DNA of 64,000 nt from Bacteroidales bacterium (GCA_965230045.1 OZ245940.1:5075961-5139960), one strand, 5' to 3'. Numbered from the stretch's first letter, positions 46,601-55,886 are shown. Notes: a model not told the origin generated them from the sequence alone. Numbers and translations: made by a program.

Positions 46601-47873
46601 CCAAAGTGTTTTTGTTTGCATCGGCATGTTTGGCAGCAATGATGTCCTTACACTGAATGAGGGCGCGGAACTGGCAGAGTATGTCGAAAACAACGGGAAC
46701 CTGTATCTGGAGGGCGGCGATTTCTGGGTGTTTAACCCAAAAACGGATGTGCATCCCTTATTCCATATCGAAGGACTGGAAGATGGCTTTGATGACCTGG
46801 GAGAAGTTGCTGCAACCTATGGCGCATTTACCGAAGGTATGGACTTTAATTATACGGGCGATGTCCGCTGCGTGGATCGTATTAAGCCCATCGACGGGGC
46901 AAAAGCAGTCTTCTATAATCCTGAATGGACATATTTTACTACCGTTACCTACGAGTCGGATAAGTACCGGACCATCGGCAGCGTATTTGAATTTGGTGGC
47001 CTCGAAAACGCTGAAGAACCCTCAACCCGCGATGAGCTCATGCGGCGTTATATGACGTTTTTCGGCATCCTGCAACGTCCTGATGCACCGGCAATGCCCG
47101 CTGGCGACACAGATATCTGCGCCGGCCAGCAAAGCGAATACAGCATACCCGAAGTAAACGGAGCAACGGCTTATGAATGGAGAATTGTTCCTGAAGATGC
47201 GGCCACCTTCGAAATGAATGGGAATTCTGTGCAGGCAAGCTGGAACGAGAACTTCTCAGGAACAGCATCTTTATTTGTTTATGCACTGAAAGATGGCGTA
47301 GCCGGAGCGGCTTCCGAACTGCTTGAAATCAATGTAAACCCATTGCCGGAAGCACCCATGCAGCCCATTGGAACGGACAGCCTGATATGGAGAAATGATG
47401 TTTTGCAGGCAAAATATTTCCTGCCGCAGGCCAATGATCTAATTTGGAAAATCGAACCGGAAAATGCTGCAACCTACGAAATGACCGGGGACAGTCTCTT
47501 GCTTACGATTGCAGACAGCTATACAGGCGAACTGTTCCTGTCCGCAGCAGCCAGCAATGAATGCGGCCAAAGTGCCTTCGGAGAAAGCCTCAAAGTAACG
47601 ATACTTTCGAGCCTTGGCGTGTTTGCACCCGAAAAAACGGACTGGAACATATATCCTAATCCGGCCACAAAAGTTGTTTACCTCAAATCATCCAACGCTA
47701 CAAATGCTGTAATAAAGATCTATTCGATGAACGGAAGCCTACAGGCACAGTTTGAAATGCAGGCACAACAAGAAATACCACTGGATGTCAGCAATTTAAA
47801 TTCCGGATTATACTTGCTTGAAATTATTACAGATTCCGGTGTACTTAATAAACGACTGATCATCAACAGGTAA
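43686..47873 (+). CDS. Peptidase C25 (gingipain family) multidomain protein with T9SS C-terminal sorting domain; paralogue of 39648..43568
   Basis: His and Cys contexts are MLVHRDHGGVDGWGEP and FIFSINCLTGKFN. It is collinear with the preceding protein (for example FRNEQGIKTGIVTLDEIGGNT against FRNQQGILTGVVKVTDIGGNT). CTD is IYPNPATKVVYL...GLYLLEII. Confidence 0.8.
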   Translation: MRKNYLLLLAVFLGMTITAFSQSKPTSFTNEILKQDRQILDLKIKSPAYEIVRHRGNIPGQQIICSGIQLPAQSGYPDIPVYSKRILVPKGADVSIRYEIIKQHTVSDIDLAPAPQIPFDTDTVMVYKRNNAVYQTNAFFPEEIARISQNQGMGGYDTRILNWAPFRFNPVTGELQVIDEIRIQINFAGGNGSYRSSKHSSAIWNNILASQVLNPENLVKSNKNANQRAEGYEYLLVIPNDTAFRVWADTLARFRNEQGIKTGIVTLDEIGGNTSSAIEAYLVNAVNNWEIPPAAVLFMADYGTSADNRIISPVYDNYCISDNLMADFDNDGLPEIATARMTARDAGQLAEMVRKAINYERNPVMDDSFYDKPVTALGWQTERWFQICSEAISGYFSNSGKNPVRINDVYEGNPNNDPWSTSSNTWTILNTFGPAGLGYIPSQPSELGGWYGGTADKVNEALNEGTFMLVHRDHGGVDGWGEPNYDQTDIRRGLNGNEKLPFIFSINCLTGKFNVGGDCFAETFHRDPARALGIIAATEVSYSFVNDTYMWGMMDYMFPDFLPETGENGAPNLYPAFANVSGKYFLEASSWPWNENNKEVTYMLFHHHGDAFQQLFSEVPAQITSTAPERITDTATRIQITAPEGCRIGISHNGNYIAHHISTGGDQWVVIPQQEEGTVLTATISGPNYQRKQHSIQVVPNNGPFLVCKDFEWPNGQLEAGKSSLWTLKLENIGFAASSNITLNFSTDMPEVSLSYDPVEIQNLDQDAFIELENILEFTADCEITDGTSVPLTISISSDEHSREQQVQITVHAPSMQFEPFGVSELDGNTNNWLEPGESGMLSLLISNEGSAPLHSVAGTFSFIQNIPSLEITSIIEPSESVQAGTTDTIKVFFDVAPFVAEGTEFGLEVVISGDCAYEMRDTVAVQIGRKNSLIIDLDRNHNSGDSIIQSLTHLGYTAEIVREWPLDLSEYQSVFVCIGMFGSNDVLTLNEGAELAEYVENNGNLYLEGGDFWVFNPKTDVHPLFHIEGLEDGFDDLGEVAATYGAFTEGMDFNYTGDVRCVDRIKPIDGAKAVFYNPEWTYFTTVTYESDKYRTIGSVFEFGGLENAEEPSTRDELMRRYMTFFGILQRPDAPAMPAGDTDICAGQQSEYSIPEVNGATAYEWRIVPEDAATFEMNGNSVQASWNENFSGTASLFVYALKDGVAGAASELLEINVNPLPEAPMQPIGTDSLIWRNDVLQAKYFLPQANDLIWKIEPENAATYEMTGDSLLLTIADSYTGELFLSAAASNECGQSAFGESLKVTILSSLGVFAPEKTDWNIYPNPATKVVYLKSSNATNAVIKIYSMNGSLQAQFEMQAQQEIPLDVSNLNSGLYLLEIITDSGVLNKRLIINR

Positions 47874-47874
47874 G

Positions 47875-47987
47875 AAAGTGACAAGTGCGAAAGTGACAAG
47901 TGCGAAAGTGCGAAAGTTTAAAGTGCAAAGTCCACTTTCCCACTTTCACACTTTCCCACTTTCACACTTTCAATCTCTCACCTTTCC
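47875..47987. repeat. Hexamer-repeat hairpin unit R1, flanking the 3' end of the four-helix-bundle gene
   Basis: (GTGACAAGTGCGAAAGT)n, then the core GTTTAAAGTGCAAAGTCC (47916-47933), then (CACTTTCMCA)n. The left and right arms are imperfectly complementary. Confidence 0.85.
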
Positions 47988-48320
47988 TATAAGCCCCGCG
48001 ATAATTTTCGATGTTTCTTCGGCCAGGGCAAAAAGCTTGTCGAAGTCCTTTTCTGTAATTTTGTTTAATTCTTTCGCCAGATAGAGCATTGAACGTACTT
48101 CGCCGCATGAACCTTTAGCTACGGACAAAAAATAGCGGAATTCTTTGGTGCTTTTTCGTTCAAAACCTTCGGCTATATTGTTCATCACGGTAACCGAAGC
48201 CCGCTGTATCTGATCCTTAAAGCCAAAATCCCTGCTTTCCTCAAATAAATGATATACCAAAACCGCAAGTTCTTTAGATTTCTGCCAGGCGATAATATCC
48301 TCAAATCTGTTTATAAGCAT
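47970..48320 (-). CDS. Four-helix-bundle protein (23S rRNA intervening-sequence protein / Avd-like family)
   Basis: 116 aa. The motifs IIAWQKSKELAVLVYHL...FKDQIQRASVTVMNNIAEGFERKSTKEFRYFLSVAKGSCGEVRSMLYLA match this family as I remember it. Confidence 0.8.
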   Translation of the reverse strand: MLINRFEDIIAWQKSKELAVLVYHLFEESRDFGFKDQIQRASVTVMNNIAEGFERKSTKEFRYFLSVAKGSCGEVRSMLYLAKELNKITEKDFDKLFALAEETSKIIAGLIGKVRD

Positions 48321-48338
48321 CGTTTTTATTTTTTATGG

Positions 48339-48503
48339 CAAGTGCGAAAGTGACAAGTGCGAAAGTGACAAGTGACAAGTACGAAAGTGACAAGTGCGAA
48401 AGTGCGAAAGTTTAAAGTGCAAAGTCCACTTTCACAGTTTCACACTTTCCCACTTTCATACTTTCATACTTTCCCACTTTCAAACTTTCCCACTTTCACA
48501 TTC
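48339..48503. repeat. Hexamer-repeat hairpin unit R2, 5' flank of the four-helix-bundle gene, overlapping the rnr 3' end
   Basis: Same architecture and core as R1 (GTTTAAAGTGCAAAGTCC at ~48409-48427), with longer arms. Confidence 0.85.
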
Positions 48504-50660
48504 ATCCCCAACCAAAGCCAGGTCAATTTTGCGTGCATTGACATCCACATTTTTTACCTGCACATTCACCTCATCGCCGATTTTGTAGGATTTATGATGA
48601 TGGTGGCCTGTTACCTGATAGTTGTCTTCATCAAGATAATAGTAATCGTCATCAAGGTCCTGCATGCGGATCATACCTTCGCAGAAGCTTTCTTTCAGTT
48701 CCACAAAAACGCCCCATTTGCTTACGCCACTAATTATGCCGCAATATTTTTGCCCGACTTTATCGGCAAGATATTCGGCCTGTTTGTATTTCACGGAGGC
48801 GCGTTCGGCATCGGTGGCGGCGCGTTCCATATCGGAGCTGTGGTCGCACATTTCTTCCAGGCTGGATCGGTCGAGGTATTTGCCTTTATGGAGATAAGCC
48901 CATACCAATCGGTGCACCAAAAGGTCGGGATACCGCCTGATGGGCGATGTAAAATGTGTATAATGCTTGAAACCCAGGCCGTAATGGCCAATATTTTCGG
49001 TAGAATAAACCGCTTTGGCCATCGCACGCAAAGTCATGGTTTCGATCAGGTTTTGTTCCCCGCGGCCTTTTACGCTGGTCAGTAGCTTATTCAAACTTTG
49101 ATTGAGTGCTTCCTGACCAAAGAAATCAATTTTATAACCAAACTTGCCACATAATTTGCTCAGGCTGGCCAGTTTTTCGCCATTGGGCTCATCGTGGATA
49201 CGGAAAACAAAAGGCTTGGGCTTGTTTCCGCGTGCCACCCCAAACATCTGTGCAATGGTTTTATTGGCCAGCAGCATAAATTCTTCTACCAACTCGTGCG
49301 ATTCGTTATGCTCGCGAACATACACATCCACGGGTTTTTTATCATCATCAAGGATAAAGCGCACTTCATTGGATTCCATATTGATGGAGCCTTTTTCAAA
49401 ACGCATTTTCCGCAGTTTTTGCGCCAGGCCATGCAGTAGCAAGAGTTCCTCTTTAAAAGTATCGTTTTCGTCATTTCCGTTGATGACCTCCTGCACTTCC
49501 TCATAGGTATATCTCCGGTCAGAATGAATCACCGAGCGGCAAACCCATTTGTTTCTGACTTTCATTTCTTCGTCCAGCTCCAGCATCACCGACATGGCAA
49601 AACGATCTTCTTTGGGGACCAGCGAACACAAGCCATTCGAAAGCACTTCGGGCAGCATGGGCACAACGCGATCGACCAGATAAACGGATGTAGCACGGTG
49701 ATAGGCTTCTTTGTCGATGGCGGTTCCCGGCTGCACAAAATGCGACACATCGGCAATATGCACGCCCACAACTACATTTCCGTTGGGCAGCTTTTCGATG
49801 GACAAGGCATCGTCAAAGTCTTTTGCATCTTTTGGGTCGATGGTAAATGTGGTCAGGCGCTGAAACTTCTCCCGGCTTTCGTAGGCATCCATAGGGATTG
49901 TGGACGGAAGATTTGCTGCTTCATCCAGTACTTCCTGAGGGAACTCGATGGGCAAGTCATATTCCATCAAAATACTTTGCATTTCCACATTATTATCGCC
50001 CGGTTTACCCAACACTTTCACCACTTTTGCAAATGGATTGCGGGCGTGATCGGGCCAGTCGGTAATTTCCGCAATGACTTTATCCCCGTTTTTTGCATCG
50101 AGCAAATCCTGCTGATGCACAAAAAGATCAAACGGCATGCTTTGCTGATCGGGAATCATGAAGGAATAATTATGCTTGATGTCCATAATCCCCACAAACT
50201 GTGTTTTATTGCGTTTGATCACCTCAATAATCTGTCCTTCGTGCTTTCGGTTGCGCCTTTTAGGAAACAGGAAAACCTTGACCCAATCTCCGTGCAGTGC
50301 CTTTCCCGTATTGCCTTGCGCAATAAAAATATCTTCATCGAAACTGTCGGAAACAACATAAGCTTTTCCGGTTTGCTTCATATCAACTTTGCCTTCCACA
50401 TAAGTTTTCGGGCTATATTTTGTGATATACTTTGCATGCAGTTTGTATTTGCCGCGCTTTTCTTCCACTAGGATATTCCCAATAAGCAGTTCATCCAAAA
50501 TATCCCGCACAAGCTGTCGTGCGTCTTTATCCATGATGCCCAACTGTTTGCTTATTTGCCTGTAATTCATCCCTTTAAAAGGACTGCGCGCCATCATGCC
50601 AATGATTTGCTCTTTAAGGCTTACTCCTCTGGATTCCGATTTGCGGCGTTTTTTTCTCAT
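48480..50660 (-). CDS. rnr: Ribonuclease R
   Basis: 726 aa with an RNB catalytic domain (FTIDPKDAKDFDDALS, HYGLGFKHYTHFTSPIRRYPDLLVHR) and a C-terminal S1 domain. Confidence 0.9.
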   Translation of the reverse strand: MRKKRRKSESRGVSLKEQIIGMMARSPFKGMNYRQISKQLGIMDKDARQLVRDILDELLIGNILVEEKRGKYKLHAKYITKYSPKTYVEGKVDMKQTGKAYVVSDSFDEDIFIAQGNTGKALHGDWVKVFLFPKRRNRKHEGQIIEVIKRNKTQFVGIMDIKHNYSFMIPDQQSMPFDLFVHQQDLLDAKNGDKVIAEITDWPDHARNPFAKVVKVLGKPGDNNVEMQSILMEYDLPIEFPQEVLDEAANLPSTIPMDAYESREKFQRLTTFTIDPKDAKDFDDALSIEKLPNGNVVVGVHIADVSHFVQPGTAIDKEAYHRATSVYLVDRVVPMLPEVLSNGLCSLVPKEDRFAMSVMLELDEEMKVRNKWVCRSVIHSDRRYTYEEVQEVINGNDENDTFKEELLLLHGLAQKLRKMRFEKGSINMESNEVRFILDDDKKPVDVYVREHNESHELVEEFMLLANKTIAQMFGVARGNKPKPFVFRIHDEPNGEKLASLSKLCGKFGYKIDFFGQEALNQSLNKLLTSVKGRGEQNLIETMTLRAMAKAVYSTENIGHYGLGFKHYTHFTSPIRRYPDLLVHRLVWAYLHKGKYLDRSSLEEMCDHSSDMERAATDAERASVKYKQAEYLADKVGQKYCGIISGVSKWGVFVELKESFCEGMIRMQDLDDDYYYLDEDNYQVTGHHHHKSYKIGDEVNVQVKNVDVNARKIDLALVGDECESGKV

Positions 50661-50788
50661 GATTTCATTTTTTCCTGCGCATTTATTAAAATACAGCAGA
50701 TATTTGTAACAAAGCTAACAAAAATAAGCACGCAACCGGCCTTTGCCCGATGCAAGCATAAACGAAGCGGTTTAGACCGGCATTATGC

Positions 50789-50825
50789 AAAAAAAAGCCA
50801 CATCCCGATAAAACCGGAATATGGC
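50789..50825 (-). terminator. Rho-independent terminator downstream of the ABC-efflux operon
   Basis: The minus strand reads GCCATATTCCGG-TTTTA-TCGGGATGTGGC followed by TTTTTTTT. The stem includes G:U pairs. Confidence 0.5.
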
Positions 50826-50866
50826 ACGAATCAAAACCTCTAAAATAATTATAAGCTAAAAAAAAC

Positions 50867-51979
50867 TTATCCTTCCTGAACGCCCATCGGTTTGCCCGAA
50901 TTAGGCACTTTCACTTTATCGTCTTTAGAAATACCTTCCAGGACTTCGATCTGGATACCATCAGAGAGCCCGGTTGTTAAATATCGTTTTTCGTATTGCT
51001 GCGGACCGATTTCCACCTCCACAAAAGCGGAATCTTTATCATCAAACTGCAAGAGGCTTTCTTTGATGCTCAGAACTTTATCATGGCGCTCGAGCACGAT
51101 ATCGGCATTGGCCGAATAATTTGCACGCACAAAAACGCTGTCGCGCAGGCTGACATCCGCCCTGATTTTAAACTGAATGGCTCCGTTTTCTTCGACTCCT
51201 TTTGGCGAGATATGCTCCAGAACTGCTTCAAAAGTCTGATCTTCCAGCGCGCCAATGGTGAGGATAAGCGGCATACCCTCCCTAATCTTGCCCACTTCGG
51301 ATTCATCAATATTTCCTTCAAAAATCATGTCGTTCATATCGGCCACGGTGGCGATGGTTGTGCCATCATTAAAGGTATTGCTTTCGATTACGGAATTACC
51401 GATTTTGACAGGAATTTCGAGCACCATTCCGTCAATTGTGGAGCGAATCAGGGTATTGCTTACTTCGCCGGCATCGCGTTTCTGGCCTTCGCGGATCAGC
51501 TCCAGATTGCCTTTGGCTGCTGCAACTTCCTGTACTGCATTGTTGTAGGTCACCTCAAAATCTTCAAAATTGCTAATGGAAATTACATCCTTTTCGAGCA
51601 GTTCCTTATTGCGCTGATAATCCTTTTCCGCATCTTTCAGCTGGATTTTTGCCCGTTCCAGACGCGATTCAGCTTCGTTGAGCTGCACCATGTTCGGAAT
51701 AATCTTCACCCGCGCAATCAGGTCCCCTTTTCGCAACTGGTCGCCTTCTTCTACAAAAAGCGCATCAATAATTCCGGAAACCTGAGGTTTGATCTGGATT
51801 TCCTGACGGGGAATTACCGAACCGGTTGCTGTGGTTTTCTTAACGATATCGGTAACTTCAGGAGTCAGCGATTCAAAAACAAGCGGTTTGTCCTGCGATT
51901 TTTGAAACAGGTAGTAAATTGTGTAGGCAAATACCCCAACCAGTACGAGGGCAAAGAAAATCTTCAGAAACTTTTTCAT
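50867..51979 (-). CDS. Efflux transporter periplasmic adaptor subunit (HlyD/MacA-like)
   Basis: N-terminal TM segment, biotinyl/lipoyl-like hairpin and a coiled coil (LNEAESRLERAKIQLKDAEKDYQRNKELLE), with beta-barrel domains. Confidence 0.8.
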   Translation of the reverse strand: MKKFLKIFFALVLVGVFAYTIYYLFQKSQDKPLVFESLTPEVTDIVKKTTATGSVIPRQEIQIKPQVSGIIDALFVEEGDQLRKGDLIARVKIIPNMVQLNEAESRLERAKIQLKDAEKDYQRNKELLEKDVISISNFEDFEVTYNNAVQEVAAAKGNLELIREGQKRDAGEVSNTLIRSTIDGMVLEIPVKIGNSVIESNTFNDGTTIATVADMNDMIFEGNIDESEVGKIREGMPLILTIGALEDQTFEAVLEHISPKGVEENGAIQFKIRADVSLRDSVFVRANYSANADIVLERHDKVLSIKESLLQFDDKDSAFVEVEIGPQQYEKRYLTTGLSDGIQIEVLEGISKDDKVKVPNSGKPMGVQEG

Positions 51980-52009
51980 AATGTGCTGTCTTGATATTGT
52001 TTTTGACTT

Positions 52010-53275
52010 TTATTCATCGCGTAAAGCATCAATGGGTTTTATGCTCACCGCCCTTCGGGCAGGAATCAGTCCGGCGATCATTCCCGAAAAGATCAGGACA
52101 ATCAATGCCGTCATTGCTTTTTGGAAATCCACTTCCGGGTTCAGGAACATACCGGATTCGCCGCCCGATTGCAGAATCATCATATTCACTCCTTCCAGGG
52201 CTGCCACTCCAAGCACTAAACCTGTGTAACCTGCAATTGTAGTCAGCATAACCGATTCTGTGATAATCTGGCTAATGACCATCCAGGGCGTTGCGCCAAT
52301 AGCCCGTTGAACGCCAATTTCTTTAGTTCGTTCTTTTACAACAATAAGCATGATATTGCTCACACCGATGACGCCGGCCAGAAGCGTTCCAATGCCCACA
52401 ATCCATATCAGGCCATTGATACCCATAAAAAGCGTGGTCATTTTTTTGTATTGATTTTCCAGGTTAAACGATCCTACAGCCCTTTCATCATCGGGATGAA
52501 TGCTGTGCCTTTGGCGCATTAAAGCCTTAACTTTTGGCTCCACCTCCGAAACCGTGGCTCCTTTAACCGTTATTGAATACCAGCCAACAATATTGCCATA
52601 ATTATAGGTTTTCTGCAATGTTGTAAATGGTATAAAAATCTGTTGGTTATCATTATCGGCCTGATGGCCCGATTTCTTGGATTTAAACAAACCCACTATT
52701 TTAAAATATACACCATTTATCCGCATGCTTGTCCCGATGGGATCTTCATCCGGTTCATACATTTCGTTATAAACACGCTGGCCGATCACGGCAACTTTTC
52801 TTTTATCCTGAATATCAAACTCATTAATGAAGCGGCCTTTGACCATATCCACCGGATCGATCTTATAGAAATCGGGATAATCGCCCTGAATCCGGAAAGC
52901 GCCGGTACGTTCGTTGCGCACAACATTATTATTACCTTCGCTGCTCCAGCCCTGCAAGCGCGGCGCGATATACTCTACCTCAGGAATATTATCGATAATG
53001 GCCTGAGTATCATCATTATCAAAATTATAATGCCGTCCACGCTTAAAACCCTTATAGGGCATGGTAGTGTTCTGCGTCCACATAAAAAAGGAATTGGTTG
53101 CCATATCGCCCATTTCCTGTGTAACGCCATTGTTCAGCCCCTTGCCGGAACCCAGCATGATGATCAGCATAAAAATCCCCCAAAACACGCCAAAAGCCGT
53201 GAAGAAAGTCCGCCACTTGTTTTTGCTCAGTGCGTTAAAAATTTCCTGCCATGAATCTGTATCAAATATTCTCAT
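52010..53275 (-). CDS. ABC transporter permease, FtsX/MacB-like
   Basis: MacB_PCD-like periplasmic domain between TM1 and TM2, and a C-terminal FtsX domain (VKERTKEIGVQRAIGATP). Confidence 0.85.
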   Translation of the reverse strand: MRIFDTDSWQEIFNALSKNKWRTFFTAFGVFWGIFMLIIMLGSGKGLNNGVTQEMGDMATNSFFMWTQNTTMPYKGFKRGRHYNFDNDDTQAIIDNIPEVEYIAPRLQGWSSEGNNNVVRNERTGAFRIQGDYPDFYKIDPVDMVKGRFINEFDIQDKRKVAVIGQRVYNEMYEPDEDPIGTSMRINGVYFKIVGLFKSKKSGHQADNDNQQIFIPFTTLQKTYNYGNIVGWYSITVKGATVSEVEPKVKALMRQRHSIHPDDERAVGSFNLENQYKKMTTLFMGINGLIWIVGIGTLLAGVIGVSNIMLIVVKERTKEIGVQRAIGATPWMVISQIITESVMLTTIAGYTGLVLGVAALEGVNMMILQSGGESGMFLNPEVDFQKAMTALIVLIFSGMIAGLIPARRAVSIKPIDALRDE

Positions 53276-53287
53276 TTTGTTGGGGCT

Positions 53288-54520
53288 TTATTCTTCTTTT
53301 AATGCTTCAACAGGACGGATGGATGCGGCACGGCGCGCGGGAACAAAGCCGGCCAGTGCCCCGGCAAAAACCAGGATAGCCGTTGCTCCCAGCGCAACAT
53401 TTATATTGATTTCGGGATTTGCAAAATAGTCGATGTCGGGCAGTATTTTTCCAATAAACTCCAACAATACTACCCCCAGAACAAGTCCGATATAGCCTGC
53501 AAAAGCTGTGATCAGAACCGATTCCTGCAATACCAGCCCGATAATGGAGCCCGGCGTTGCGCCCATGCTTTTGCGTATGCCTATTTCACGGGTACGTTCT
53601 TTTACCACAATCATCATGATATTGCTCACGCCCACAATTCCGGCAATGATGGTTCCTATCCCAATAATCCAGATAAAGAAGCGAATGCTGGCAAACAGGC
53701 TCATAAACTGCTGAAAATTCTCCACATTATTCCAGATATGCACCGCGCGCTGGTCTTCCGGAGCAAAATGATGGCGCCGGGACATTTTATCGCGTATTTC
53801 GGTGACCATTTCCTGCGAACGTTCCACACTGGCATCGCCGGTAGTCATGGAGATATTATTTACATAATTTCCTCCGTTAAAAACCATTTGTGCAGTGCTT
53901 ACAGGGATATAAATCCTACTCATGTCGCGGTCGCCGCCCGGATCTTCATAGACGCCTACGACCTGAAAAGGCACGCCACTAACACGAATATATTTGCCAA
54001 TGGGATCTTCTCCGTTTTTGAAAAGGGATTCGGCTACGATGCGCCCAATGGAAGTAACTTTTCGGTTTTTATCGACATCAATATTATTCAGGAAACGGCC
54101 ATTTTTGACTTCAACGGTTTCTACTTCAGCATAATCGGGCAGGCAGGCAAAAATATCAAAGCTGCCATACTCCTTACCATACGACAAAGTATTATTGCGC
54201 CAGATGCGGAAACGGGAGGAAATAAACCCGACACCTTTTACCTTGCTTATTTCTTCGTAATCTTTATTGGTAAAACGGATAAAACGGCCGGGTTTATAAC
54301 CTTCATGAGCCATGGAAGTAATCCCCTGATTTACCCAAATGGTGTTTTCCGCATCGCCCTCAAAATCCTTGCGCACGCCATTTTCCAGTCCGTAGCCGGA
54401 ACCGAGAAGGATCACCAGCATAAAAATGCCCCATGCAACGCTGAATCCCGTGAGGAAAGTCCTCAGTTTATTCTTGTTGATGGTTTCAAAAATCTCCTGC
54501 CATTTATCCAGATCAAACAT
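53288..54520 (-). CDS. ABC transporter permease, FtsX/MacB-like (paralogue of the previous gene)
   Basis: Same architecture as the previous permease (VKERTREIGIRKSMGATP). Confidence 0.85.
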   Translation of the reverse strand: MFDLDKWQEIFETINKNKLRTFLTGFSVAWGIFMLVILLGSGYGLENGVRKDFEGDAENTIWVNQGITSMAHEGYKPGRFIRFTNKDYEEISKVKGVGFISSRFRIWRNNTLSYGKEYGSFDIFACLPDYAEVETVEVKNGRFLNNIDVDKNRKVTSIGRIVAESLFKNGEDPIGKYIRVSGVPFQVVGVYEDPGGDRDMSRIYIPVSTAQMVFNGGNYVNNISMTTGDASVERSQEMVTEIRDKMSRRHHFAPEDQRAVHIWNNVENFQQFMSLFASIRFFIWIIGIGTIIAGIVGVSNIMMIVVKERTREIGIRKSMGATPGSIIGLVLQESVLITAFAGYIGLVLGVVLLEFIGKILPDIDYFANPEININVALGATAILVFAGALAGFVPARRAASIRPVEALKEE

Positions 54521-54531
54521 AGGCTTGGGGT

Positions 54532-55260
54532 TTAAGCTACAGCAAATTCGTTGGCCAAAGCTTTATCTTTAAATTTCTTCAGTTCACCATTGATGATGTT
54601 TTCGCTGATCAGGCCGTCGCGTAGCTTGATGATGCGTTCGGTGCGTGCCGCGATATCCGCTTCGTGCGTTACAATGATGATGGTAATTCCTTGTTGATGA
54701 ACCTTTTGAAGCACATCCATGACTTCGTAACTGGTAGTAGTATCCAGCGCACCGGTTGGCTCATCAGCCAGAATTACTTTAGGCTTGCTGATCAGGGAAC
54801 GTGCAATGGCGAGGCGCTGTTTCTGCCCACCGGAAAGTTCATTGGGCAAGTGATGTGCCCATTCGCGCAATCCCATCATTTCAAGATATTCCAGGGCAAT
54901 GCGGTTGCGCTTTTTACGGCTGACTTTCTGATAATAAAGCGGAAGCGCCACATTTTCCATGGCGTTTTTAAAGGAAATCAAATTAAACGACTGGAAAATA
55001 AAGCCCAGCATTTCGTTGCGGTATAGGGCAGCTTTCTTCTCGCTCATATTACGGATCAGCTTACCGTCGAGGTGATAGCTTCCGGTATCGTAATTATCGA
55101 GAATTCCGAGGATATTGAGCAGAGTGGATTTCCCTGAGCCGGAGGAGCCCATAATACTGACCATTTCTCCCTTTTCAATTTCGAGGTCAATTCCCTTCAG
55201 CACGTGGAGAGAATTTTTTCCTGTACGGTAGGATTTGTTAATATCCTGAAGTTTTATCAT
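54532..55260 (-). CDS. ABC transporter ATP-binding protein (MacB/LolD-like)
   Basis: Walker [10 protein letters not shown], signature LSGGQKQR and Walker B ILADEPT. The start is taken at MIKLQD. Confidence 0.9.
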   Translation of the reverse strand: MIKLQDINKSYRTGKNSLHVLKGIDLEIEKGEMVSIMGSSGSGKSTLLNILGILDNYDTGSYHLDGKLIRNMSEKKAALYRNEMLGFIFQSFNLISFKNAMENVALPLYYQKVSRKKRNRIALEYLEMMGLREWAHHLPNELSGGQKQRLAIARSLISKPKVILADEPTGALDTTTSYEVMDVLQKVHQQGITIIIVTHEADIAARTERIIKLRDGLISENIINGELKKFKDKALANEFAVA

Positions 55261-55419
55261 AATGCACACCTTAATCTGGGCATGCTGAATGCCATGTTCG
55301 TGCCATACTTACAACTTATTGATTAAAAAACACTTAAGATTTTCCAGCTGCACGTTTATGGACAAAAGGTGTTCGCAGCTTAACAGGTGAGTGTACGGTT
55401 TTGAACAGGGGTGAGCGTG

Positions 55420-55553
55420 GGAGTGATGAGTGTGAAAGTGACAAGTAGGAAAGTGACAAGTGCGAAAGTTTAAAGTGCAAAGTCCACTTTCAACTTTCAT
55501 ACTTTCCCACTTTCCCACTTTCCCACTTTCCCTCTTTCAATCTCTCAACTTTC
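55420..55553. repeat. Hexamer-repeat hairpin unit R3
   Basis: Same architecture as R1, with the core AGTTTAAAGTGCAAAGTCCACTTTC. Confidence 0.85.
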
Positions 55554-55886
55554 CTATAAGCCCCGCGATAATTTTCGATGTTTCTTCGGCCAGGGCAAAA
55601 AGCTTGTTGAAATCCTTTTCTGTTATTTTGTTAAGTTCTTTCGCCAGGTAGAGCATTGAACGCACTTCGCCGCATGAGCCTTTAGCCACGGATAAAAAAT
55701 AGCGGAATTCTTTGGTGCTTTTTCGTTCAAAACCTTCGGCTATATTGTTCATCACGGAAACCGAAGCTCGTTGTATCTGATCTTTAAAGCCAAAGTCCCT
55801 GCTTCCTCAAACAGATGATATACCAAAACCGCAAGTTCTTTGGATTTCTGCCAGGCGATAATATCTTCAAATCTGTTTATTAGCAT
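55537..55886 (-). pseudogene. Four-helix-bundle protein gene, frameshifted copy
   Basis: Near-identical to 47970..48320. The C-terminal 72 aa differ at 2 positions. One T is missing from a T run (CCCTGCTTCCTC at ~55800-55806 against CCCTGCTTTCCTC in copy 1), which breaks the frame after MLINRFEDIIAWQKSKELAVLVYHLFEE. Confidence 0.8.

Noticed and set aside
47875-48503. Possible CRISPR array, suggested by the dense short repeats around the four-helix-bundle gene.
   Set aside because: The repeats are contiguous 6-12 nt tandem units with no unique spacers. The two halves are inverted relative to each other, which is not CRISPR architecture. No cas genes are present in the window.
48372-54535. Long plus-strand ORFs, for example 48372..49085, 49524..50471, 50996..51994, 52643..53254 and 53738..54535.
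   Set aside because: They lie antisense to strongly supported minus-strand genes (rnr, adaptor, permeases). Their composition is low-complexity and rich in F, I and H. I treat them as shadow ORFs.
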